37,432 bases of DNA, taken from Octopus bimaculoides (Eukaryota). Under the pieces are notes generated by a model. The model was not told where the DNA came from and searched no databases. It saw only the letters and a program-made list of their open reading frames with translations. The stretch spans positions 87,779,110 through 87,816,541 of the forward strand of contig NC_068982.1 of the NCBI RefSeq assembly GCF_001194135.2. Reading direction: 5' to 3'. Of the stretch, positions 1 to 10,139 are shown piece after piece; within the stretch, counting starts at the first letter, position 1, and the number at the start of each line of letters is the position of its first letter. A program made the translations under genes and the position numbers.

Positions 1-70
1 ACACACACACATACTTTATATATACATATACATATATATATATATATATATTTTATTTATATATATATAT
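1..70. repeat. (AC)n/(AT)n microsatellite
   Basis: Direct read of dinucleotide tracts. Confidence 0.95.
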
Positions 71-235
71 ACGACGGGCTTCTTCCAGTTTCCGTCTACC
101 AAATCCACTCACAAGGCTTTGGTCGGCCCGAGGGCATAGTAGAAGACACTTGCCCAAGATGTCACGCAGTAGGACTGAACCCGGGACCATGAGATTGGTG
201 AGCAAGCTACTTACCACACAGGCACTCCTGCGCCT
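71..235 (-). mobile_element. tRNA-derived SINE, family A, 5' half
   Basis: Minus strand reads aggcgcaggagtgcctgtgtggtaag...gggttcagtcc...cttgggcaagtgtcttctactat...gaagaagcccgtcg, then (TA)n. It has A/B-box-like motifs, and homologous copies occur at 2345, 3015, 17760, 22795 and 36812. Confidence 0.88.
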
Positions 236-544
236 ATATATATATATATTCATAAAAAAAGAAAGGTACGATATGTGATTTGCAAATGTGAATAAGAACT
301 ATATATAAATATAGAAAAGTAAAAAATATGCAATAAATATAAATATATAAAACTATATATATATATATATATATATAAAGAATAGAAAAGGTACGATGTG
401 TGAATAAGAATTACATAAAAATAATATTGTATAAAGAAAAGTAAAAGATATAAAATAATATATATATAAAGTGAAATTATACATATATACACATATAAAA
501 AAAGGATATATACATATTTACAGACATTTTGTTGGATGGCCGTT

Positions 545-720
545 GACTGTTCAGGAGTTCATCCGCCCTTTGACAGGTTTTAGTATTCGTCCTACAGGGT
601 GTCCAACAACACCCTCCTCACCAAGCAAGCCTGGTGGGGTCGCCAGTTTAGTCGCCGACGACCCGACCATGCGACAGGTTGTACTGAATTACATGTTACC
701 AGTAGCACTCAAGAGCGTCG
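545..720. other. GC-rich structured segment, possibly a retroelement 5' UTR fragment
   Basis: Three back-to-back hairpins (596-615, 619-636, 637-664) are bracketed by gacaggtt direct repeats (572-579, 673-680). Family assignment is not established. Confidence 0.35.
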
Positions 721-1174
721 GTCACCGGAGTGATATTTGATCACTTTATAGAATGTCTGAGTGTCGGTTTGGTGTCTGGAATGGATAACTTATCTCATGG
801 GCAGGTAGAAGCTCTTTAACCGTGGTTGGTAATCTACATCATACTACACTTGTACACCTTTACGAGTGTGTGCATGTGTATATATATATACCTGTACGAA
901 TCAGCTGGCAAACTTCAGAGGAGCTTTTATTTCTGTGCACCAAATCCCATTCTCAAGCTATTGGTCAATTGAAGACTATTGGAGAAGATGCTTGCTTTGT
1001 AGAATCGAACAATAGGAACTCTGTACATGGTCGTTCCCCTACCTGCAAGTAACAACCTCAGACCTCTTGAACGATACTTTACTGTCTAACATAAAGAAAG
1101 CACACATTAATTAATGCACAATATCCCTCGACCAGGTTTCACTCACATGACGTCGGTGGATCAGTGATTAGAAT

Positions 1175-1270
1175 AGGAAACACGCACCACAGGTGCCGTG
1201 TTGCGGAATCGAACCAGGAGCCAAGCAGTTGCAAAACGAAACTCTTAAACCTACGGCCATACCTACGCCC
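1175..1270 (-). mobile_element. tRNA-derived SINE head fragment
   Basis: Minus strand ggcgtaggtatggccgtaggtttaag...cctggttcgattccgc has A-box and B-box (GGTTCGATTCC) like motifs. Confidence 0.7.
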
Positions 1271-2030
1271 ATTTACGACAGGAATTATCATTCCTTTTAA
1301 GACTATATTTATTTGATAAAATATTTTATACATCTGTACAGACACTGTCTAAAGGGAGATACATTTCAATCAAATTTTATAACGTATATTTTCCTTGTGT
1401 TCTTATTTCTATTAGTTCTCTAGTTTGTTTTAGTTATCATGCTAAAGCCATGCTGGTACACCGCCTGCAGCACTAATATTTCGACTATTTTCTGATTTCC
1501 CATTGGGGTTGAAATCTTTTAATCAATGCTTTCCTTACTATGGGGAAATATCTCATTTAAAAAGATTAAAAAATAAAAACAAGCAGAAAGAGAAAAAAAG
1601 CGGAAGACAAATACCGAATGTGAAATAGTTGATTTATTATTTACAATGTTTAAGAAAATTATAATTTTTAGTTCATTAAATTAAATTTACTTCAAAGAAT
1701 CAGTTACCAGCGATGGCATAAGTTACTCTTATTAAGGGAATTTGTTTAACAAAGGAAAAAGTGTCATCTAAGTCTACATATGAAATAGACCGACATAATT
1801 ACAGATATACACCACACATAGCCATCATATCTATCTATCTATTTATCTATCTATCTATATGTAGAAATTTTGTATATTACGAGATATCGTTTTACAACTG
1901 TCTATACATACAGTGTTGGCAGAAAAGTCTGTTGATACATTGCGAAGTACAAAATAACATTAAAACCAAAGCACTATTAACGCAGCATGAATCCAATAAT
2001 CTAAATGCCAAGAATATGTTGTTTTCGTGG

Positions 2031-2078
2031 TGTATGTATGTATGTATGTATGTATGTATGTATGTATGTATGTATGTA
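2031..2078. repeat. (ATGT)n microsatellite
   Basis: Direct read. Confidence 0.95.
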
Positions 2079-2344
2079 TCAATCTATCTGGAAAAATTGA
2101 GATGACAAAAGAATAAATAATTATCGTATGAACTTCCTTAGCTTACAAATGCGTGTGTGTGCGTGTGTTTGTTTGTGCGTGTGTTTGTTTGTGCGTGCGT
2201 AAATTGCTTTATTTAGTTTTCTTAACACATTAGTAGTAGTGAATTAAAAAAAACCCATCTTAGTGAGCGGTTAAAGAGAGTACGCAGTCAGTCACTGATG
2301 AAATACCAACACAAGAACAAAAGTATAATATATATCTATACAAG

Positions 2345-2499
2345 CGTAAGCGAGGCTGTGTTGTAAGAAGCTTGCTTGCCAACCCCATGGTTCCCGGTTC
2401 AGTCCCACTGCGTGGTAAATTGTGCAAGTGCCTTCTACTATAGCCTCGGGCCGACCAAAATCTTGTGAGTAGTAGACGGAAACTGAAAGAGGTCCGTCG

Positions 2500-2533
<34 letters not shown>

Positions 2534-2617
2534 GAACTCAGAAGGTTGGTCCACCAACCAGGCCTTTCGCGACACCTTCAAAACCAGGAACTTTTCAGTA
2601 CTACCTTGTGTGTGTCT

Positions 2618-2665
<48 letters not shown>

Positions 2666-2678
2666 GTATGTATGTATG

Positions 2679-2768
<90 letters not shown>

Positions 2769-2995
2769 CATATATAGATGTGTATCATTGTGTCTTAGTT
2801 TGTCCACCACCACCACCACTTGACAACTGGTTTTGTTGTGTTTACAACTCTGTAACCTAGCGGTTCCGCAAAGAATTCGATAGAATAAGTACCAGGCTTA
2901 AAAAAATGTAATGGGGTCGATTCATTCGACTAAAAATTCTTTAAGGCAGTGTTCCACCATGGCCGCAGTTTAATGACTGGAACAAGTAAAAAATA
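2345..2995 (+). mobile_element. Full bipartite family-A SINE: tRNA head, internal microsatellite, 3' module
   Basis: Head runs 2345-2500 (ggctgtgttgtaag...ggttcagtcccactgcg...), (TA)/(CA) mosaic 2500-2780, and the 3' module cttgacaactgg...gtaacctagcggttc...ggggtcgattcattcgac...catggccgcag...aatgactggaacaagtaaaa. The same layout occurs at 22795-23200 and 36880-37310. Confidence 0.85.
2529..2611 (-). mobile_element. Mariner-like terminal fragment inside the SINE microsatellite
   Basis: Minus strand begins caaggtagtactgaaaagttcctgg, resembling mariner ITRs of the gaggg..tgaaaagttcc type. It is embedded between dinucleotide tracts. Confidence 0.5.
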
Positions 2996-3014
2996 TATAT
3001 ATACACACACACAC

Positions 3015-3375
3015 ACGACGGGCTTCTTTCTGTTTCCGTCAACCAAATCTACTCACAATGTTTTGGCCTACCCTGGGGTATAGTAGAAGACATTTGTATT
3101 AAGGCGGTGAGCTGGCAGAAACGTTAGCACGCAGGGCGAAATACTTAGCGGTATTTCGTTTGTCTTTACGTTCTGAGTTCAAATTTCGTCGAAGTCGACT
3201 TTGCCTTTCATCCTTTCGGGGTCGATAAATTAAGTACTAGTTGCGTACTGGGGTCGATCTAATTGACTGGCCCCTCCCCCAAAATTTCGGGCCTTCTGCT
3301 TAGAGTAGAAAAGAAAACATTTGTATATGGTGTCACACAATGGGACGGAACCCAAGACCACACGCTTGAGAACGA
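3015..3375 (-). mobile_element. Family-A SINE 5' half, interrupted by a family-B SINE
   Basis: Removing 3100-3326 restores aagacatttgtatatggtgtcacacaatgggac, collinear with aagacacttgcccaagatgtcacgcagtaggac in the copy at 71-235. Confidence 0.8.
3100..3316 (+). mobile_element. tRNA-derived SINE, family B, with 10-bp TSD
   Basis: Head taaggcggtgagctggcagaaacgttagc...gttctgagttcaaatt and body gactttgcctttcatcctttcggggtcgataaattaagtac. TSD acatttgtat at 3090-3099 and 3317-3326. Confidence 0.9.
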
Positions 3376-3376
3376 A

Positions 3377-3490
3377 AGGATGAAATACAAAGTTAACATC
3401 GGCGGAATTTGAAATCAGAATGTAGCGGCAGACAGAATACCGCTAAGCATTTTGTCCAGTGTGCTAACGATTCTGCCAGCTCACTGCTTT
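3377..3490 (-). mobile_element. Family-B SINE, 5' part
   Basis: Reverse-complement homology to 3100-3200 (gctaacgattctgccagctc). Confidence 0.8.
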
Positions 3491-3517
3491 AATGATGATG
3501 ATGATGATAATAATAAT

Positions 3518-4525
3518 ATCTGAAAAACTCTGAGGACTGGATGCTAAAACTTGTCTTAAAACATGAAAGCAAGAAAGCATCTTACTCAGTAACAAAACAG
3601 GCAAAGGACTATCTAAGTGAATTCCAATTGCAACAAATTCAAGAATTAGACGAACTAGAAACACCCGCAGAAAAAGCTAAGCGCTTGAAAACCCGTGCAA
3701 AAATTGCTGCCTTAGATATTATGACTGAAAAATGGCATGGAAAACCTCTCAATGGCAAATACCCAAAGAGAGCGAATAATGCAGATATTGACAAAGCCCT
3801 TACCCACCAATGGTTAATGGCCTCTGGCTTGAAATCAGAAACAGAGGGGTTTATCATAGCAGCCCAAGANNNNNNNNNNNNNNNNNNNNNNNNNNNNNNN
3901 NNNNNNNNNNNNNNNNNNNNNNNNNNNNNNNNNNNNNNNNNNNNNNNNNNNNNNNNNNNNNNNNNNNNNNNNNNNNNNNNNNNNNNNNNNNNNNNNNNNN
4001 NNNNNNNNNNNNNNNNNNNNNNNNNNNNNNNNNNNNNNNNNNNNNNNNNNNNNNNNNNNNNNNNNNNNNNNNNNNNNNNNNNNNNNNNNNNNNNNNNNNN
4101 NNNNNNNNNNNNNNNNNNNNNNNNNNNNNNNNNNNNNNNNNNNNNNNNNNNNNNNNNNNNNNNNNNNNNNNNNNNNNNNNNNNNNNNNNNNNNNNNNNNN
4201 NNNNNNNNNNNNNNNNNNNNNNNNNNNNNNNNNNNNNNNAGCTCAGATACCAAGAAACCCCAAAATGGCTGAAGTTCAAAAGATAGTGCTCATGGGAACT
4301 GCCCATATCCTACGTAAAATACTGTCTATGTGATCTCAAATTTTAAAGCAAACACATAATTTTCTTATGGTTTCTTAAACATTCACTTGAACAAAACTGT
4401 ACAAATCCAAATATATGGTACCCTAGGCATAACACCTACATAAACTTCTAACTTGTTGTCTCTTGAGGTCTCTGGGTGAGACTTGGATCCAACTTGTACA
4501 AATGCAAAACAAAAGTCAAACATAA
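3518..4525 (+). mobile_element. 5'-truncated R4/Dong-like non-LTR retrotransposon (RLE type), copy 1
   Basis: Open frame encodes ...KWHGKPLNGKY...THQWLMASGLKSETEGFIIAAQ, the post-RT region of R4-clade proteins. After the gap, 4241-4333 encodes AQIPRNPKMAEVQKIVLMGTAHILRKILSM*, a typical C-terminus. Flanked by (GAT/AAT)n at 3491-3517 and (TAA)n at 4526-4561. Confidence 0.85.
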
Positions 4526-4561
4526 AATAATAATAGTAATAATAATAATAATAATAATAAT

Positions 4562-4775
4562 GGTTTCAAAGTTTGCCACAAGGGCAGTCATTTTGGGGGA
4601 TGGGATGAGTCGATTATATCGACCCCAATGTTCAACTGTTACTTATTTTATCGATCCTGAAAGGATGATAGGTAAAGTCGACTTCCGCGGAATTTGAACT
4701 CAGAACGTAACAACGGGCGATATACTGCTAAGCATTTCGTCCAGCGCGCTAACGATTCTGCAAGCGCGCTGCCTT
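4562..4775 (-). mobile_element. Family-B SINE
   Basis: Reverse-complement homology over the full length to 3100-3316. Confidence 0.85.
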
Positions 4776-4789
4776 AATAATAACAATGA

Positions 4790-5267
4790 TAGGAAGTGTT
4801 ATCATGTACATATTTTGTCTTGGTATAAAAAATGGGCTACAGCAAATATTCTGCTCAATACTACAAATTTGCTTGTCACTTATTTGACCGTACCCAGTTG
4901 AGTATGTCCTTTGGTGGCAGACGATATGAGCAGAAGTAGCGGAGAAGCACCATAGCTATGTATTGAGAGAAATTCTCTGGTGTTTGAACAATTCACCTAT
5001 GGAAACATTGGTATTTTGTTCAACATCATTAAACAACCCTTATTCAAGGATCATTTGAGTGGGATGGGCTACTCGACCTGAAGATAATTCTAACTGGGCC
5101 CTACCTGCAAGGTCATGTGCTGTTTACCTTGATATGAGATCACCATATCGCGCACTTATGGTTGTGATATATGTGCCCTTAACAGACAGGTAGTCATGAT
5201 GGATATACTGGGCTTGCGTATATTTTACCTCAGTGTCACTTTGATGGCACGCACTGCTCTCTCACTC
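4790..5267 (+). repeat. Unclassified interspersed repeat ending in (AAT)n, possibly a LINE 3' UTR
   Basis: Non-coding, moderately GC-rich block bounded by AAT repeats and ending gcactgctctctcactc(aat)n. Retroposon-like tail; family not identifiable from the window alone. Confidence 0.45.
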
Positions 5268-5283
5268 AATAATAATAATAATA

Positions 5284-6174
5284 GGTGGCAGGAGTCTTAT
5301 ACAGCTAGAAAACTATTATAAAATAACCACCATAGGACTGCAAAAATACCTACTCCAGAAGCAAGGGAAACTAATACAAATAGCCACAAAACACGAGCAA
5401 AACAAAAAACTGTTTTCAGTATCTAAGGAAGCTGACAAATACAAGCAAGAAATCAATCTACCTAACAAATACGAAGAAGAAGAAGAAGAAGAAGAAGAAG
5501 AAGAAGAAGAAGAAGAAGAAGAAGNNNNNNNNNNNNNNNNNNNNNNNNNNNNNNNNNNNNNNNNNNNNNNNNNNNNNNNNNNNNNNNNNNNNNNNNNNNN
5601 NNNNNNNNNNNNNNNNNNNNNNNNNNNNNNNNNNNNNNNNNNNNNNNNNNNNNNNNNNNNNNNNNNNNNNNNNNNNNNNNNNNNNNNNNNNNNNNNNNNN
5701 NNNNNNNNNNNNNNNNNNNNNNNNNNNNNNNNNNNNNNNNNNNNNNNNNNNNNNNNNNNNNNNNNNNNNNNNNNNNNNNNNNNNNNNNNNNNNNNNNNNN
5801 NNNNNNNNNNNNNNNNNNNNAATATATTCACAGACACGACAGAGCTGGGACCTATATACACTGGAAGCTATGCCAACACTATAGAATAACAACAGAAAAA
5901 AGATGGTATAAAACAGAATCAATTCCTATCATAGTAGGTGCCTTAGGTATAATAAAAAAATATTCAGACAAATACATAACAAAAACACCAGGACTTACAA
6001 ATATATATAACATACAGAAAATTGCACTACTGGGTACTGCACACATTCTACGCAAAACACTTTCAATACAGTAACCATAAGAGCACCACAGCAAACCACA
6101 GCACATACCCAAGGCGCACAGAGCTGCGCTCGGTAGTGAAGTGAAAGCACGTTATAAGAATAAAACTACTGAAC
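5284..6174 (+). mobile_element. 5'-truncated R4/Dong-like retrotransposon, copy 2 (distinct family), lacking the endonuclease core
   Basis: 5284 onward encodes GGRSLIQLENYYK...KHEQNKKLFSVSKEADKY, homologous to copy 1 KHESKKASYSVTKQAKDY. 5823-6074 encodes YIHRHDRAGTYIHWKLCQHYRITTEKRWYKTESIPIIVGALG...IQKIALLGTAHILRKTLSIQ*. (AAT)n lies on both flanks (5268-5283, 6175-6210). Confidence 0.87.
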
Positions 6175-6737
6175 AATAATAATAATAATAATAATGATAA
6201 TAATAATAATATGTACGTGTGTGCGCGAGTGTGCTTGTCTGTTTTATTTTAAATGAGTTATACATAGTATTTGAAATTTCTGGTGAATTCTATTCGCGGA
6301 TTAATTACATGTCAAAACAAAAGAACTGGAAAAATTTCGTATATTTTTAATTCCCTGTTAGACGTGTGTCATTATTGATATTATGCTCGAATCTTTGTCT
6401 GAAGAATTACATATAGCAGATCCTATACATATTTTTCGACATGTATAACTTTGTAACTCCTATCGTGTAATGAAACACGTATGGCATGGAATTAAAAATA
6501 TGCCAACTTTTTTTCCAGTCCTCTGCTTTGATACATCTATGTATGTATTATGCATGCATATTTTCTTTCTCTCTCTTAATTTATAATTTAATTTTGAGCG
6601 GACGCCTTCCCAGTGGCACTGTTGTAAAGAAAAGGAAATTATAATCGTCTTGTGTGTAAGCGCTCTTGCTTTGAATCGTAAGAACGTGTTACAAATGTTA
6701 AAGGTTCCAGATATCGCCACCATTTGTAGTTTATGAA

Positions 6738-6855
6738 TTGTATGTATGTATGTATGTATGTATGTATGTATGTATGTATGTATGTATGTTTGCTTGTATA
6801 TTTGTATGTATGTATGCATGCATGCATATATGTATGTATATATGTATGTGTGTAT

Positions 6856-6900
<45 letters not shown>

Positions 6901-6950
6901 TGCGTGCGTGTGTGTCTGCGAGCGGGCGTGTGTGTGAGTGTGTGTGTGTT
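6738..6950. repeat. Compound (TATG)n/(TG)n/(AG)n microsatellite
   Basis: Direct read. Confidence 0.95.
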
Positions 6951-7239
6951 TCATTTAAGTTCTTAAGAGAGTTCAAGCCGGATGCTAACAAAACGACAAG
7001 ACTTTTGAGTTAAGACAGTTCCTGGTGTTTGTAAATATGTGGTTGAGTTGTTGTGTTGGTTGAGCTGCTAATGCACACACCAAAGTGTGTATATTTATTC
7101 ATCTCAAGAATCTCAGATGGAAGATTTTTGGAATGTCTTACAAATCTCCACTGCGCCACTAATAGAGTTTGTGTAAATGTGCATTTCTAGAGTTTGTGTA
7201 AATGAGATGTACCGATGAGAATTTATAGTCAAGGCACAA

Positions 7240-7774
7240 GAGCTGTCTGTCTGTAACCGATTCGACTGAAATTTTAGACATGCATTTGGTATGTTCCGGA
7301 ATATGTTTTAGTCATAATAACTGCTTCCATCAATGTTCAGTTTTCGCAAAAACTAGATCGATAATTATCGATTAAAGTGACCAATTCAACGGAAAGGATA
7401 CCAATTTACAAAACGAATGGCGGCTACGTGTTGCATGAAACTCTTGAGGGCGACACTCAAGCTGTTGACCATTAACCCCCTTCAGCAGGGAGCAATCTAT
7501 CGCTCAAACGGTTTCCTCTTAGGAAACGCTGAAATTGTTCAACGTGTTCTCTTCCTATACATTTATCTGTGTGCTTCATTCTATGGCTTCATTCGCAAGT
7601 GTATGGTTCTAATCTGCGCTGGGCTGATGAGTAAGGTGTTGAAATCAGAAGATCATTGCGCGAACGCGATAGCCGAGGTAGGGATCAAGAAATTTTCTCA
7701 AGTGTAAGGCCTCATCTTTCCGCAGTTGAATGGTAATTTATTAAGACCCGTGCAACGCCGGGTACTACTACTAG
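7240..7774 (+). mobile_element. Non-autonomous Helitron (3' end well defined, 5' end uncertain)
   Basis: Subterminal hairpin acccg-tgcaacgc-cgggt (7746-7763), then CTAG (7771-7774) and T. This is the canonical Helitron 3' terminus. No Rep/helicase coding was seen. Confidence 0.65.
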
Positions 7775-7859
7775 TATATATATATATATATATATATNNN
7801 NNNNNNNNNNNNNNNNNNNNNNNNNNNNNNNNNNNNNNNNNNNNNNNNNNNNNTAAAAA

Positions 7860-8330
7860 AAAACTAACGCCACGGACATGATTAGTATTGATCACAAATT
7901 TATAGAGAAAAACAAAAGTATTCGTTGTGATTGCAAGGATAACTGTCAGCTTAATAATTTTTGCAAACAGAAAGAAGTGGTATATCGATGCAAAGTAGAA
8001 CCTGAGGGACTAAATTATAATTACATAGGTTCAACGGAAAATTTTATTAAGCGATGAATCGCAAACCATGAAACCACATTTAGAATCAAAAATAAATCAG
8101 CCAGCACCAGTCTAAGCAAATATTCTTTTGTTAATTAAATAAGGATTTTAACCTGTAGTGGGAAATTATCAGCCATGCTAGATCCTATAAAGTAGCCGAC
8201 ACACGTTGCGATTTAAGTATTGAAGAACTCTTCAAAATTTTAAAAGCTAAGCACAGGCTTCTTAACAGTAAAGGTGGAAAAAGTTTAGCATGCACGGATC
8301 CATATAAATACATATTCAAAAACTACAAAT
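7860..8330 (+). mobile_element. Penelope-like element, degraded GIY-YIG endonuclease region
   Basis: From 7926: CDCKDNCQLNNFCKQKEVVYRCKVEPEGLNYNYIGSTENFIKR*IANHETTFRIKNKSASTSLSKY, later WEIISHARSYKVADTRCDL. Same motif order as the 10889-11761 ORF. Confidence 0.8.
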
Positions 8331-8475
8331 AAAATAAAATGAAATAAAAACTAGGTTATAATATAAATTGAATGATTTAATAGATATAAAAAGGAATTAT
8401 AAGGTACTAATAAAATAAAATTACATTAAAATATGTGAAATAAAATAATTAATTGATAAATATCATTGGATAATA

Positions 8476-8697
8476 ATAAAACTTTTCTACTAGAGGCACA
8501 AGGCCTCAAATTTGGGGTTTGGGAACTAGTCGATTACATTGACCCCAGTGTTTCACTGGTACGTAATTTATCAACCCCTAAAGGATGAAAGGCAAAGTCG
8601 ACCTTGGTGGAATTTGAGCTCAGAACGTAGCAACGGGCGAAATACCGCTAAGCATTTCATCCAGCGTGCTAACGATTCTGCCAGCTCGCCGCCTTAA
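8476..8697 (-). mobile_element. Family-B SINE with 11-bp TSD
   Basis: Full-length reverse homology to 3100-3316. TSD attggataata at 8465-8475 and 8698-8708. Confidence 0.88.
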
Positions 8698-10028
8698 ATT
8701 GGATAATAGCAATAATAATAATGATAATAATAGTAATAATATATTTCTTCTCGTATATTGACTTTCAAAATTTTGTCTATGATAAAAATATTTGCAACAT
8801 ATATTTTGATGGCGTAGAATACAAATACCATACCTGTAGTAAATTAGTAATTTCCAGCATTATCACGTGATCAAACATATTAATGTACATATGCACACAA
8901 AAAAATAAAAACAAAAGCAGATATACAAGCAACGGTGTATAAAAATACACACACACACACATAAAAATAAATTTAACACAGACGCAAACAAAAAATAGAA
9001 AGAAAAGACATATGCCTATATAACGGTTTAAAAAAAATATGAACAAGCACATATAAATATTAATATGTTGAGTCCGTTGATGATCACCTGATCGATTAGG
9101 ATATAATTTCTTTTTGTATCTAATTCTCACCCTGATGAAGTATTCAACAAACTATTTTCACGATGCAATTTTTAATTTATTAATCTGTAATTGAATGAGT
9201 TGAGTATGAAAACAGAGAATTTTGACAGTATGTTTATCAGTTAAAACTCTCCATTTTCTCCTTATAATATATATATATATGTATATATATATCTATCTAT
9301 CTATATATATANNNNNNNNNNNNNNNNNNNNNNNNNNNNNNNNNNNNNNNNNNNNNNNNNNNNNNNNNNNNNNNNNNNNNNNNNNNNNNNNNNNNNNNNN
9401 NNNNNNNNNNNNNNNNNNNNNNNNNNNNNNNNNNNNNNNNNNNNNNNNNNNNNNNNNNNNNNNNNNNNNNNNNNNNNNNNNNNNNNNNNNNNNNNNNNNN
9501 NNNNNNNNNNNNNNNNNNNNNNNNNNNNNNNNNNNNNNNNNNNNNNNNNNNNNNNNNNNNNNNNNNNNNNNNNNNNNNNNNNNNNNNNNNNNNNNNNNNN
9601 NNNNNNNNNNNNNNNNNNNNNNNNNNNNNNNNNNNNNNNNNNNNNNNNNNNNNNNNNNNNNNNNNNNNNNNNNNNNNNNNNNNNNNNNNNNNNNNNNNNN
9701 NNNNNNNNNNNNNNNNNNNNNNNNNNNNNNNNNNNNNNNNNNNNNNNNNNNNNNNNNNNNNNNNNNNNNNNNNNNNNNNNNNNNNNNNNNNNNNNNNNNN
9801 NNNNNNNNNNNNNNNNNNNNNNNNNNNNNNNNNNNNNNNNNNNNNNNNNNNNNNNNNNNNNNNNNNNNNNNNNNNNNNNNNNNNNNNNNNNNNNNNNNNN
9901 NNNNNNNNNNNNNNNNNNNNNNNNNNNNNNNNNNNNNNNNNNNNNNNNNNNNNNNNNNNNNNNNNNNNNNNNNNNNNNNNNNNNNNNNNNNNNNNNNNNN
10001 NNNNNNNNNNNNNNNNNNNNNNNNNNNN

Positions 10029-10098
<70 letters not shown>

Positions 10099-10139
10099 TT
10101 ATATATAGGTGCGTGAGTCGTCTAAGAGACCATAAGTGA

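Noticed and set aside
2438-2860. Many ORFs rich in HT/CV/YI/RE dipeptides (also 6460-6991, 16129-16694, 19227-19653, 25408-25831, 26193-26517, 33932-34327, 36838-37215)
   Set aside because: These are translations of dinucleotide and tetranucleotide microsatellites; they have no protein-like complexity.
3870-4239. Gap in R4 copy 1 seems shorter than the missing coding region, suggesting the same nuclease deletion
   Set aside because: Gap lengths are estimates; the gap in copy 2 also looks short, so this is uninformative.
9222-10139. Long ORFs of 240-305 aa spanning N runs (also 3639-4306, 32141-33043, 36341-36805)
   Set aside because: They are open only because N gaps contain no stop codons.
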